A stretch of 52,618 nt of DNA, counting the filler, from Porpidia crustulata (taxonomy: Eukaryota), in NCBI GenBank assembly GCA_964255105.1. It is 3 parts of 3 records of this genome, joined end to end, with 100 filler letters (N's around TTAATTAATTAA, not from the genome) between each part and the next. Parts side by side here need not be neighbours in the genome. Positions count along the whole stretch, not along the records: positions 35,192 to 52,618 come from CAXUWE010000220.1; 2 more parts are not named here. The stretch is one strand, 5' to 3'. Positions within the stretch are counted from its first letter, which is position 1, and every line of letters begins with the position of its first letter. This document shows, one piece after another, positions 35,192 to 48,500 of this stretch. A program made the position numbers and the translations under genes. The notes under the pieces are model-generated. The model did no database searches. It had not been told where the DNA came from and was given only the letters and a program-made list of their open reading frames with translations.

Positions 35192-37793
35192 GTTGGGGTG
35201 GTTGCGCACGGTGGTGGCGGTGTTGTCTGGTGCCTGAAGATCGCCAGGGCTTAGAGCCCGAGGTGGTGAGTGTGTTTCCCAGGCGAGCTCGTCTCCATCT
35301 TCGGCCTCGGCTTGGCGATTTGCGGGCAAGGTCGGCTTGGGCGAGGTGGTTGCGTCAAGCTCTGCGGCGAAGCTAAGGTTGTCTGCTCGGACAAAGTTCT
35401 GGGGAGATGTCAGCGCTTGCTTTCTGAAGTAGCCTGGAGCCGGGGGCGTACCCGAAGTGGTGATGGCAGGACTTCAGGAGTGAAGGACATTGCTTTTTCG
35501 CTTGCGTATACGAGCATTGCGGATCGGCATTGATCCTTGGCTACCTTCAAAACCTCAATCTCATGGACTTTCTGTACAGTCACATCGTCATGTCAGCGAT
35601 AGGGACAAGAGACACTTCACGAATAGGATATGACTCACAGTCCGCTGTACTGGTACCGATTCCCTGCGGTCAAAGCTGAGCTTCCACCATTGCCAATCCT
35701 CAGCCTCACTGCAAAGCACATCATCTTCATCGTCGGGCTTGGTCTTTTCGAGGACGTACACAACTTGCGGCTCTGCGCAAACTCCGCAAAGTCTGTACTT
35801 GTGATGCGGCGGTTCTTCAGGATCGTCAGATGGAATAGTGTAGAGCTTGGAAATTTCAAGGAGCTTCTCGCAAGCCTTTGCTTTCGACTCTTCTAGCATA
35901 TTCAGCTTCTGCTCTACTCTGCTGGCTACCGCGTTCAGCTCTTGCGCTATGGCCATGTATTTCTCCAGATCTGGTCCAGATTCTTGAGTGAGTACGCCAG
36001 ATGCCCCTCCAACCTTGTCGGAGGTACTTGTGCTTGCTGCAGAATTTTCGAAATACGTTATCGCAGCTTTGAGTAAATCACTGCCATTCATCCCGGCTTG
36101 CCCATCAGGAGTGTACATCGACAGCTTCACCATAGTCTGGTCGATTGTTTCAATCTCTTTCCGAGCAGCCGCTTTGCCAGCTTGCATTGCCCTAGCCTTT
36201 TCTTGCGAAGACGGCAAGTATCTGTCCGGATACCATACAGCAGGGATCTCGATTCCAAGTCCTGTTCCGTCTAGGCTCTGCCGGGATACCTCTAGGATAA
36301 ATACATCGGCAACCTTCTGTAGAAAAGTCTCTTCAAAATCGTTTTGGCCTGTACCATTCCAAATGATGTCGTCAAAAGCTTCATATAATGATAACCCAGC
36401 ATCTGCGATGTCTGTATCAACATTGAGGTGCAGCGCATAGAAGACTGGTATCTCGACAACTTCACCGTCGTAATGGCTCACCTTGGTGCCCTCGTTCTTG
36501 AAGATATCTAATAGAGCAGCGTCTGGGTCGAAGCTCGACGTCGCTGTCCTCCACTGCTCCAGGAATTTTCCTATAATTTGAGAATTCGCAACTCTTCGAA
36601 TACCGTCCACACTCGCCAGTACGTCCACACTTCCATACGCTCGATCGGTCTCTTCAAGGAAAGCCATCAGGCGCTGCGTCTCACGAATCACCTCTTTTGT
36701 GTCGTCATATTGACCATTGCGAGATATATTGACGACTCTTGAGAGTTTGATTGGCACACCATCCCACCACTCCGAATCATGCCCGTACTCTGTCAATGTA
36801 TGCTCTCTATTAAGTAGAGCCTCTCGCGATAAAGGAATTGCATGCAAGATTTTGATGAGTGCTGCCAAGCGATGCTCTGCGGGTGATGGTTTCAAAAAGG
36901 CTGGCGTATAAGTACCGCGTTTACGGTCTATCGGTAAGGGATTGAGCAAAATTTCTTGCGCATGGGCTGCAGGAACTGTCATTGCCCATTGCTTGGTGTC
37001 ATAATATTCGCCCTTGGCAGCCCCAAAGCGAGGCTTGGCAACATCAGTAACGCCAGTCTCCTGCTCGCGGCCTACAGACATCGCCAGGGCTCGCTCCACT
37101 TCCGCCTGCTCTTGCTCGGCCAGCGTGAGCTGCCTATTGGATCCTGCAGTGGCCTAATCAGCCCAACGTTGGTGCAATAAGCCATTCTAGTAAATTCTCA
37201 CCAACGTCGTGTTCGGCGGACCATTCATCCATTCTATGGCTGTTCCTAGTCGGCGGTCTTGAGGGCGCGCTTGTGTTGTCGGCGAAAACATTCGGGCTGA
37301 GGCTGTCGGGAGCATGGACATGAAATGCTAGGAACATGCAGGCGCGTTAGCCTATGCACATCAACATCCAACTTTGCCCTAGAAAATGGCGATGCACACT
37401 TCATTTTATCCCAGAAAAAAGTTTCTAAGGGTTCTCACAAGGCTGATTCTGATTTTGCTGACCGCTGTCAGTCTTATCGGTGTGAAACTGGTTCTCATCC
37501 CAAGTGCCATGGCTTGCCTAAATCCAAAGCTCTATGTCAGCGCTTGTTTTTCCAGGAATTGGCGAAGGGCGGCCTACTTGGTTTTGCAGAGCATTTGGAT
37601 CCTCGAAGAAGGCATTAATTGCGCGGGGAAGATCGTTGTTGTAAGCCTGACCAGGAACAAAAGATCAACCAAATCCTCAATATGTGAGCCCCTCTTCCAG
37701 TACCTTTAGCCAATTTATAGCGTCACTATGGGAGGTGCTTGTAGTAATAATACAGAAACCCTCCACATCATCCGAGCTCGGTTCTGCAACCAT
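35192..37793 (-). CDS. UBA-like + UIM protein (Rup1-like), multi-exon, 3' end lost in the gap
   Basis: ATG at 37793 gives MVAEPSSDDVEGFCIIT..DAINWLK|AYNNDLPRAINAFFEDP (UBA-like). It is followed by QEQAEVERALAMSV (UIM), a 503-codon core exon and the exon KVHEIEVLKVAK..MLVYASEKA. Confidence 0.8.
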
Positions 37794-38780
37794 GGCCAGA
37801 GTTCACAACGCCCTGACCTTTATTCGCATCCAGAAAGAAAGCTCTTTGCTAATTCTCAGTAGCTGCTATCGACCGTGAAATGTTTGTTGTAGGAGATATA
37901 TATTTGAATGTCGACGTTGTCAAAAAACTCTTGCTTGCTTCCATCCATTCACCGTTATCTCCGGCCTGCCGACATATGGCGCTAAGCCTTGAGCCTCAAG
38001 CCCTACAAACTCCGTCCGCAGCACTATCCTGTCGCCAATTTCTGCAAGCAAACAGCCGGTGCGAAAGGTTGCGAAGACAAATACAAACCACTATTCTCGT
38101 GAATCCCAATGCCTATACAATATCAGTGATCCACACCTCGGCATGGTGATTCATTATGCAGTAGGAATTAAATTAGAGGAGACCAGAGGCCAACACAGAT
38201 GAGAGTTGCATTGCTGAGAAACCGGGCTTTAACAGAGGAGACTCGCTGGTGAAATGTAGCTTTTGTACTTATCATGTCTCACTACTGGCTACACATTTGC
38301 GTGTTTCGTCCCCTGGGTCGTGGCATCGCTCTTGGGGCTGGTAGAGTGGGAATTTTGTGTGAGAACATCTGGTGATTGGGGTTCCTTGTATTAAGGGGTT
38401 GTTTTGATATAGCATAACAGAGCGATCTTGCATTTTAATTAGCATTTTCGGAGCAAGTCTGTGAGATAGCTTCAAGCTATGGAAGTTTCAAGAGGGATCT
38501 AGAGGACACATAATAGACCATTTCCATATCATCTCTCTTGCAATGGATCGCATGGAGATTAGGTAGCCAGTTCCTATTACAGAGTCTGCAGTCGTCCCTA
38601 CATCACAGAACGCCAGATGGAGATAACGTGATATGCTTCTATGCACATCAAACCGCCAACGCCATGCTAAATCGCACGCTATGCTTATTAAGTATCAGAG
38701 GGAAGATAATGAGAGTAAAATGCGGTAATGATGCCGTTTCAGTAATGTCTAGATTGTCGAAGGATGGATGGAATTCATGG

Positions 38781-39605
38781 CTATCCCTTGCTTTCCTCAT
38801 CTTCAGTGTCAGCCATCGCATCATCCTCGTTATCGCTCTCTTGATTCGGTAATTCATCATCGGCTTCCTCTAAATCGTCGTCATCCGTATCACTGCCTCC
38901 AAAATCATCCTCTGCATCGCTATCGACCCAGAAATCTGGATCCTCTTCCTTCTCAGTTTTCTTGGGAGCTACGTCGCTTGTAGGCATGATGAAGTCTGCC
39001 GGTATGTCTTTCTTCGACACCTCAACATCCTCCTTCACTCGCTTCTTAAACGCCTCCAAGTCTTTGCGGAGCAAAACTCCCGCATCGACGTTTGCGGGCG
39101 ATGAACACTCGGCATCGTCGAGAAGAGAGATGATGGATAGGAGAACAGATTCGGAGCGCTGGATAGGCGACCACCGTTCTGCTGCGGTCTCCCCGGACAT
39201 TTCGTCATCGCCAGGGGCATGAAGGATCGAGATGCACAATTTGCCGTCTTTGTAAATATTAGGGTGGAAAAGTGGTCGGGCAAATCGGAAATCTAATCAT
39301 CTAGTCAGTATGGCACTCGAAAAGCAGGACTTCGTCAATGAATACTTACCAGGCGGCGAGTATGGGTAGTTTGTGGGAAACTTGAGCCTCGCCTTCAAAT
39401 AGCCTCCGTAGTACAGAGAATCTGGGTTGATGATGATAAGTGCGATGGTCCAGTCAAAGACATTATCATTATTGAGCTAGGAAAGTAATTAGTAACGGTA
39501 CCCCATTCTCGTGACGGCAAGGGAGCTTACCTCGACGTTCACCCATTTCTCCTGGGACATAGCCTTGTACTCGTTCATCAGGATTTTCTCTGCCATATGA
39601 GCCAT
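38781..39605 (-). CDS. CDC34: Ubiquitin-conjugating enzyme E2, Cdc34/Ubc3 family
   Basis: MAHMAEKILMNEY.., FHPNIYKDGKLCISILHAPGDDEMSGETAAERWSP (acidic-loop insert), SPANVDA and an acidic tail. Introns at about 39477-39530 and 39293-39349. Confidence 0.93.
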
Positions 39606-40411
39606 GTTGGACCGACAGTGAGGAGATAGTCTTGGGAGATTGTGGGTTGACTCGCGCCAAGAGCGAAAGGGATCTCAACACCGAAAGGCTTTCGCAGTAC
39701 CCGTTGTGTTTCGAGCCTGAATCTGGGGAGAATTTGGTACTTGTCGTTGGAATGGCTTGTCGTGGAGCTTTCACTTCGGTCTTACGCGGCGAAGCTTTCA
39801 AGAATTCGAAGGTAAGTCTTGGCTGTACTATTTTTTGTAGATGGTTGCTCTGTAGTTGGAGTAATCGTAAGCGTAGGGCGGATCTATGAAGTCGTAGATA
39901 GAACTGAACTGGTTGATCGCGTGGAGTAGTGGGAGCCGTGGGTCAGAAGATGGAGGTGGTTACCCACTTAGATTGCAGATGACGATGACCGAGGTCTTGT
40001 CACTTGTGGAAGTCTGACAAAGACGGATTTCAAAAAGATCATCGTCCGTGACACTATTCAAACGTGACAAAGATGTTAGAATGTTTACGTGGCGGTTCGT
40101 GTTGTCCATAAGTATCATTGCATCAAGGACACAGGATCTACAATACACTCAGTCAACACCTGCTTGTGGCAATACAACTGTGATTTCTTGGTCACAATAT
40201 CGGCTCTTGATGCAACTCCAGATGACCGAACAAATCGTTTGAACAATTCGGTCTTGATCAAGTGCAAGGTTTAGAGTTCAAAGAAGTTGGTCTCAACAAG
40301 AGATGTCTACAGAAGACTCCTCCTGCTGCAGGTAGTCATGGCTTCAGCCCCAATGTACAGCGTAACTCATGTCAACCAAAATACACACAGATCATGGGGT
40401 ATATCGCATAT

Positions 40412-41779
40412 TCACTCATGGCAAATGTTCTCCTCAGCGTACGCTCGATACCGTTCTAGTACATCGGTCCACTCAAGACCCTTTCCGTTCTTGGTCTGCG
40501 CCCGGAACGCATAATGGGCTGCTACCGCATGGCCGTCTATTACCGCGTCTGCCGATAGCCATCAGCAACAGATTCATCGGTGCAGGCAGGAAGAACTTAC
40601 GCCGCCCAAGCTTCTTCGTCAAATCCAGGGTGAAATACTTCTCATCATCCGTTGGGAACGGTAGATTGTCCACAATGTCATCTCCCCATACCGCTACCAA
40701 ATTGATACTAACGCGCTCGTACTGGTAATCCCACATCCCAAAATGATATTTTTCCACCTCTCCTCTTTCCAGGTTATCAAGAAAGGAGTAATGCTCTTGT
40801 GCCACGACGGCCCAGTTGTTCCATCCGGCCAAGTGGTCACTGTAGGATGTGATGGTTATGGGTGTCCCATCGAGGTTGTAATTTGGGCCAAGAGGCAGCC
40901 AACGATGATTCTTGTGAGGTGGAGATGGTTTACGCTGGATCGCGTAGCCTGGGGGGCCGCTCCAGAGAGGCAGTTCGGAAGCTCGCCATGTAGATGCGTT
41001 GTGGGTGGGTGGAGTGAGTTCAGGTAGATAGGGACGTATTACGCCGAGGTGGTAGTGTACCCAAGAAAGAGCTGGATTATTGACGCCATTGGCAGAGGTG
41101 AGGATGTGTTCGGGATGAGCGGCTTTGGAGGCGAGTAGGCGCGGGATTGTGTCATTGCCAATGTAGACCTAAAGTTTGCTGGGTCAGTCGGCATAGACTG
41201 ATCAAGATAGCAAGGGCATCGTACCACATCGTCGTCTATCTTGACATACATTGTTCCTCTTTCCGCCATGTCCCACACCTTACCATAGTCGATCAGGCTT
41301 GGATCCTCCCCAGGTTCCGTGAGATTATGCCTCGAGTACCCAGGCGTCGTCGAAACAATGTGATCCAACCATTGCAAGTCTTCGACATCGTTCGTTCTTG
41401 CAACAAAGATCACCTCATCCAATGATCCCCCATTGGCTTTAAGGTTTCGCTGGAGGGCAAAAGTGTCAGCTCTGTAATACGAGAAGAGAATTCCTTTGGT
41501 CCTTACTCTCAGATAACAATCCAGTATTGACACCCTTGAACGTCTACCATAGAAGACAAGGCCCACCGTCCTGAAATCTTTCGGAATATGGGGCACAACG
41601 ATATCTGGTCCTCTATGCGGTTCTAGGGTCGGCTGATAAAAGACGACGCTGAATATCGTGACTGCTGTCACGAACAATGCAAAAGCTAAAAGCCTCGAAA
41701 TGAAGATGAAAGCTCGCCGCCTTGAAGAAGGATTCTCAATCAAGGAGGTATAATGTACATTCTGGTATCGAGAAAGCAT
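40412..41779 (-). CDS. Type II membrane protein, putative glycosyltransferase-like (DxD)
   Basis: N-terminal TM helix, LVFYGRRSRVSILDCYL, YVKIDDDV, AQEHYSFLDNLE and RVSINLVAVWGDD. The last exon reads ..AHYAF..DVLERYRAYAEENICHE*. Three introns. Confidence 0.72.
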
Positions 41780-42707
41780 CTTGAAGCCCAAGGGTTAGGC
41801 CTATAGCTAGATCTGAATCTGTGCGAGAGCAGATTTGCCGCAGGAGGAATTTGGGGCGACATCTCATATTTAGATGTACAGAGGAATAGAAATAACGAAG
41901 GAACACTTGGAGGAATGGAAGGATTAGTCTCGGATTGGTGGGATCGGGTCGATATGAAGCTACGCCCCAAGTCGCCCATGCTTGCGTAAATAGCTAATTA
42001 GGCAAAGCGACAGAGGTGCCGCGTGTGATGGGGAAGATGACAGCAGCGCCTAAGAGATTTCCCCAAAAATGCTGAAACCCTTGTCAGGGAAGGCTGGGAG
42101 TACAGCCCGCATGTTGGATTCCTGCGTAGCACACGAATAAAGCGCACTCAGCCTCGAAAGACACGTCTCTTCGGTTCGCCTGCTTTCCGTAGGACAAGAC
42201 ATGCCCTTCGACGCGTGTTTCGCAGGACAGTCTGTCATGCGCTCATCATAGAATGACATAGACTCTAATCTGCTTCGATTATTGACACGGTGAAGGGGGT
42301 TCTCTGCCGTAAAATAAGGCAATGCCTGGAGCCTGACCAAGCTTGCCTCTAGGGTCGTAATCCATCGATAAATCTCTAACGCGACTTGGACAAGCCTCAG
42401 GGCTCTCAGCCTAAGCCCTAAAACATGAAACGGCGCTCAAGCTGCGGCAGGGCTGGCGCACTTGGACGGCAACTAAAACACCTTCCCGCACCTAAATAAG
42501 GGCATTGACAACTACGACTACCATCTCTCGATGCTGCGACACTTCCTGCTGTGCTACTGCAAGAAAGCAATGCTCAGTATCCTAAGCGACGAGTCTTTAT
42601 GTGCAAAGCATTCTGAAGTATTGATACCTGTGTGAAACCAGGACAGGAATGCCGCTTATGCCTGCGCTTCCGTTCTGAGCGAGGAGTACATTATACACGA
42701 CAGAATC

Positions 42708-45150
42708 TCAGACTTGAGCAAACCCTTTACTACTCCCGCGCAGTTTCTGCTTCTCCATACTCCTCCGCTGTAGCCTGGCTTTCGCGGCGGCAGCACGCTC
42801 GGCTGGCAAGGCTGAGTGTCTCCTAGCCGATGTCATGCTACTGGTCCGTGTGCTGGATGACACGATGCTTGAGCGGCGCTGCTCCCTGGGACCAACGATT
42901 AGAGTATTCCTACTACCCGAGGCTACGGCCGATTGCAAGCTTGCAGCTGTACGGGTGTGCTGTAGTGGGTTGGAGTCGAAATTCACCATCGATGGCCGCG
43001 GAGAACCAATGTTCAACCGCCTCTCCTGCATTTTCCGCACCACCGAAGGCACGCTCAGTTCGGAAGGAAATCCAGCGGTCACAAGGGATGCATCTAACTC
43101 TACTGGCTTTGGAGAAGAAATAGGGTTGTCTATCGGGTGATCTAGACGGTGAGATAGTATTCTTTTTCTAGTGAGCGTGTCCGGTCCCAAGTTTTGGTTA
43201 ATTTCTTGCAGCGCGTCATTTGTTTCATTGGGTAGTAAGTCGGAACCCGAATTATGTGCAAGCCCTTTAGACAGCTGAGTGCTATTTAATACGTTTCCAG
43301 GGCTTCCCATCGTCCAGATATCCACGTGCGACGAATGGGTCATTGGCTTATGGTCGTGTTGTGGCACCTCGGCGGTTTGGCCCTTTTCATCATCAATAGA
43401 AGTAACCACCGTATCCCGCACAGCTGGAAGGGCGGCTCTCGCTTGTACGTTACGCGATGTTGGAGACACACTCTCTTGACGCCTTTGTCGCTGAGGTGAC
43501 ATTGAAATAATATCCTTGTAGCTCGAAGTGGAACGTCCCAGATCCCTCGGTACGACGCCTCCGGTCTGAAGCTCCACCTTCATATGCCTAAAGGGTGCGC
43601 GGTCATTGCTTTGCGGTTTTAGTCCATAATGCTCAACAGTTTGATTATTGGTCGGCTGATCAGTGAGATGTAGAAGTCTCTGGTAATCGCGAGTTATCTC
43701 CACCAACCTTTTCTCACAATCTTGTTTCTCCAGTTGAAGCTTGACTTCTCTGTTCCTTAGCTTTTGTTCCCTCGCAAGCCGCCGAGTCTCGTAGCTATTC
43801 ATCTTCTCTTTAACCCTTGCCAGGCTACTCTTGAGCTTGAAATTCTCTTCCTCGACTTTACCTGCTTTTTCCTCCGTACATTTAACGGTTACTTTGAAAC
43901 TCTCAAGCCGAGCACGAAGTGTAAACAACTCGGAAGGCGGTTCGTCGAGATCGGCCTTCGTAGCAAGACTGTGTGAAAAATTCTTGTCGTCAGGCTCGGC
44001 CCAGGTCTCGTGCTCAACCAATTCTTGCGGATCAATTGAGTTATTCGTTTCAATGGCTTTCTGGTACATACTGGCCTTTTGCTTATGCCGGACTGCCAAT
44101 GTAGTTTGCTTCGCTAAGTCACTTATCAGGTTCGTCTGACCTACGTCTCCATCAGTATCACCCCGAGGAGTGTTGGCTAGCTGTGTTGCTAGTTTGGAGA
44201 CTCTTTCTTCCATGATAGCAAGCCTGGATAGCTCACGCTTCAGTTTCTCGCCTAAATTTGTCGCCTCGGAATCCTTCTTCAGCGCGTAAGATTTGGCATT
44301 CTGGCCGTACTTAATAATTTTCTTCATCTCGCGAGCTGAATTCTTGTGATAAAGTTCGTACTCAGCTTTCCAGTGTTGTCCAGATCGAGACCGTGGCTGA
44401 CTGAGATCGATTGTTGTGTCAGCAGCGGAAGTTTCAATCTGATGTGTGACAGCGACAGGCGAGCTATCATTGGTCGCAAAGAGTAAAGCTCTCGACTTCA
44501 ATTTCTCTTGATCAGCTTCCGAGCTCACTCTTTTCTTCGATGCCTGGAGCTGAGCCTTGAATGAAGCCTTTGTGAGACTGGTCTCGTTCTTGGACTCTGG
44601 GCACGGAGCTTTAGATGGCAAAGTTGCACGACTAACTTCTAGAGGATTTTTCATGGTCTTCCATCCAGCTGGATCTCGATCTGTCCCGTCTACCATACTA
44701 TTTTTTAGCTCACCAAAGGATACGGTCTTCCTTCTGCCCACCGCAGTGCCTGGCGTGAGAAGAATACCTTTAGCGGGGGAGGCTGATGGGTCCACTTTAT
44801 TATTGTGGCTGAGCTTTTCGCTGAATCCGAGACTGGGCATTATTGCTTGGGGTGGCTGACGCTGCTGGAGAGATTTCTCGACGTTCGCAATACTGCTCTG
44901 CACCTGCCTTCTCTCACTGTCCAATGCGTTATCCTGGCCTGGGTGAGGGGTACCAAAGATAGCAGTCTTAAATGCCCGCACTGCAAATAGAGGGGCTGGA
45001 GTCTCTGGAGGTTCTTCAAGGCTTGATTGCCTGTCATCTGTACAAAAGTCAGTGTGGAATACGGTAGTAGAATCACAGCGCATGGTACTTGCCATGCGGA
45101 GAGAGAATTCTCTCGTCCTGCCGCGCCCCTCCAATAAACCATTCAAGCAT
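42708..45150 (-). CDS. Spindle-pole-body protein with a Cut12 domain
   Basis: MLEWFIGG..., EPPETPAPLFAVRAFKTAIFGTP, SPAKGILLTPGT..RRKTVSF (PP1-docking-like) and TIDLSQPRSRSGQHWKAEY, followed by a coiled coil. A GC-AG intron at 45038-45092 links ATG 45150 to the long ORF. Confidence 0.82.
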
Positions 45151-45573
45151 AGCGGATCTTGTAAGCTTTCTGGCAGAAATTTATCCTTGCAAGCATGCTT
45201 TCCTGAAGATGCTGATGTGAGGGCGTGTTGTTTACATCGAACACTTCATCAGCGTTACAAGTGAAGTAGCTTCCCGTCTCCCGCAAACCTAATTAGCCGA
45301 CTTCGCGCTAAAGCCGTAAAATCCGATCACCGATATCAATCAATAATAATTACTTTTCTATCGAACATGAAGTATTCGAAGCTACGAGCTTCACTTATAC
45401 ACACAATTTCCCTGCCTGGGCAACAGTTACTTCTACTACATGTATCATTCTCTTTGAGAATCTTGTAAAATTGGAATGCGGTAACCTCTCATTTTCCTGA
45501 TGGGAAAATTGATTCATGCTGCACTGAATCTTCTCAGACCCATCAGAGACTCCAGGTAAGAAGTTGCGGGAAG

Positions 45574-48500
45574 ATGGGTCCCGCAACGAATTACATAGAG
45601 ATTCAGCAGGATGAGGTAGAGGCTTGTAAGTACCCCACAACTCCGAGCACTCCGTTCAAGAATAACACCCGAGAAACATCTTTGGAGACTTGTAGGATTC
45701 CCACCCGAACGATACCGCTGACACAGTATCTGATAGTACGCTCGATCTACATGCAGGAATTTTATGAAGAGGAGTCCAAAGCTGGCGCTTGGAACGTAAG
45801 TTTCCCTACGTTGTGTCTTTAGGTATTCTTTATTGGTTCGACTTCATGGAATTGAATAAAGTCTGAATTTGTGTTATATTTGTTGTCTGTCAATGTAAGT
45901 ATCGAGGCAGGAGTATCAGCTCCCTGTTGAAATTTCTTCGTATGTATTCTAAGGCCATGAAGGATAGAGAAGCCTAAGGATTGTTCAGCATCATAGTCCA
46001 AAGATGGGAATGGTCAATACTTGGGCTATCTGACTTACCGGGTGCACAATTCACAAATGCTTAAAAATATTATGGTACAAAATCTGGCGAAATGAACGTA
46101 TAAAATAAACAGGGCTTATGTTCTCCATTTACGGATTAGCTAATGTACTATTTTCAAGTAGAAAGCACCAGACCGAGCATTTAAGATACGCATTAAACCA
46201 ACATTGGACGAAGTTGAGGACGCCTCACTCATACTATCCGTCTCTTTGCCTGCAACATACCCAAAGACGCTTCCCAAGCTCTCTTTGAGTTTTAGTGAGA
46301 TAATAAATCAAAAGATTCAAAGTGAGGCTCAGCATATCTTACGTACCAAGCCAAGAATGCTGCTCGGCACTGAGATGATATTTGAAATCGCTACTTTGCT
46401 ACAAGACATTCTCGACCAGGAAATTTCGCAGACCAAAGCAGTTGCAGTTAGAACTCTAGACGAAGAACGTATGATTCAAGAAGCTGCCAACGCTCAGAAA
46501 GTGCAGAAAGGTGAAGATGATAGACAGAAGGAGCAAGCTCAAGCTCGTTTGGAAGAAGAACATATTCTCTTGCAAATGATGGAGCATGAGAGGACACGCC
46601 TGGCCAAGCGCAGGAGTAAGGTGCCAAATTTATCGAATGACGCCAGCAACGAGGATGAGATACCTGGATCTCTATCTTTTGATCAGTCTGTACCTATGAA
46701 GAGCCCTAAGGGTGCCGTAATAATGCTTCGTACCATACACAGTAAGATTCAATATAAGGAGGGGCCAACGACCATCGTCTCTACCGTCCAACCATGGGTA
46801 CGTCGCGAAGAGGATAACCCCATGACACCAGCTGCCCCATTTCTTGTGCTACAGGAATGTCGTATAGACTCTCAGAAGAACGAAGAAATGATGAAAAAGC
46901 ACATCCAAAACCTAGAATCTAAATTGGACCGCCTCAAAAATTTAGGTCAGTGACAATTGAATTGCGGCCTCTTTCTATGCCAACGCTTTCGTTATATCGT
47001 GCTCAAAGAAATACAGCGCCTCATCCGAGCATCATAAGGCCCTTCAACTTCCGTATCCAACGTTTCCAAGATAATTTGGAATTTACGGGCTGGGAAGTGA
47101 GTATTCTCACAGAATTTGCTGAAAAGGGGTCCATGCACGATCTCTTAGATACAGTAGGAACTCTAAATCTAAGCAGTGCCCGGGCATGGGCAATTCAACT
47201 CATCGAAGGTCTAGAGTTCTACCATCGAAACGGCATCGTTCACGCACGTGTGCATTTGAATAACGTGCTCTTAGAGAGAGCAGAGACAGGAAATACCATC
47301 GTCAAGTTGTCTGATGGAGGATATCATCAAGACTTACATGTGTTGCAAAATCGAGCCAGTGCCGACTATTCGACACCTGCCTCCGCCTATTGGAGTGCGC
47401 CTGAAGTCAGTAGCCATGCGCAGGGAAAGCCAGTAGCTGCCACAGATATCTGGGACTTGGGCGTAGTCCTTCTACAGATGATATTTGGTTTAGACGTGCA
47501 GAGCTTACATCAGTCACCGAATACACTGCTGGATGTTCTAGATTTATCGCGGTCTCTCGAAGACCTGCTCGACAAAGTCTTCCGAGCCGACTCTAAGAAG
47601 CGACCGTCAGCGTTTGAGTTACTTCCTAGCGGATTCCTTCGCAATGACGATCCAGTTTTAGAGAAACAATTCCCCCTTTCGCTGTCCCGAGAAGATTTGT
47701 CGAGCAGCCTCTTGACCTACAAAACACCACGTCAGAGACGTGAATCAATGCACAACTCGATTAATACATCCAGATATGCTCATGACTTTGTAGAATCAGG
47801 GCGACTCGGCCGTGGAGGCTACGGAGAGGTTGTCAAAGCGAGGAATAAATTGGATGGTCGATTCTATGCTATAAAACGAATTAAGCAAAGCTCGGCGGCC
47901 GCATTAGACAATGTACTCAGCGAAATAATCCTCCTTTCACAGCTTAATCATCCTCACGTTGTAAGATATTTCACTGCTTGGATCGAAAGTGAAGGTACCA
48001 CTGAGAGCGAGATAGATTCGTCATCGAATGGAGCTTCATCTGCAGCTGGCTACAATAACGTCTTCGGCCAGACTTCGGGGGCCTTGGACTTCATTAGTTC
48101 CAATGGTCCCAATATTCAATTCGGCTACGACAGTGACGAAGAAGATATCAGATCAGAGGTCATCGATGTTGCTGAATTGGATGGGGAGGGGGTAGCAGAC
48201 GAGGACAATATCTCAATCGCGCATAGACGTACCAGCTCCCATGATCAGGCTGTGAAGACTACTCTCTATATTCAGATGGAGTATTGCGAGAGACAGGTGA
48301 GAGCTCTGCTTTCTGGAATACCAGATGATTCAAAGCCATGAAAGATGGCCATCCAGCAAATTCGTGCACCTAGTTTGATATTCCTATGGTTCTGACGTTT
48401 TCATCGTTTTCATATTCCAGTCATATAGTGATTTACTATTGGTTTAGCATTTCTAGCCATTTCGTTCACCATTTCAGTTACTCTGTAGTAGCAAAGACAT

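Noticed and set aside
46105..46118. AAACAGGGCTT, resembling part of ascomycete 5S rRNA
   Set aside because: The flanks do not match 5S and the hit is too short.
47015..47650. Kinase-like domain lacking catalytic residues ([12 protein letters not shown])
   Set aside because: This is the normal GCN2 pseudokinase domain, not pseudogenisation.
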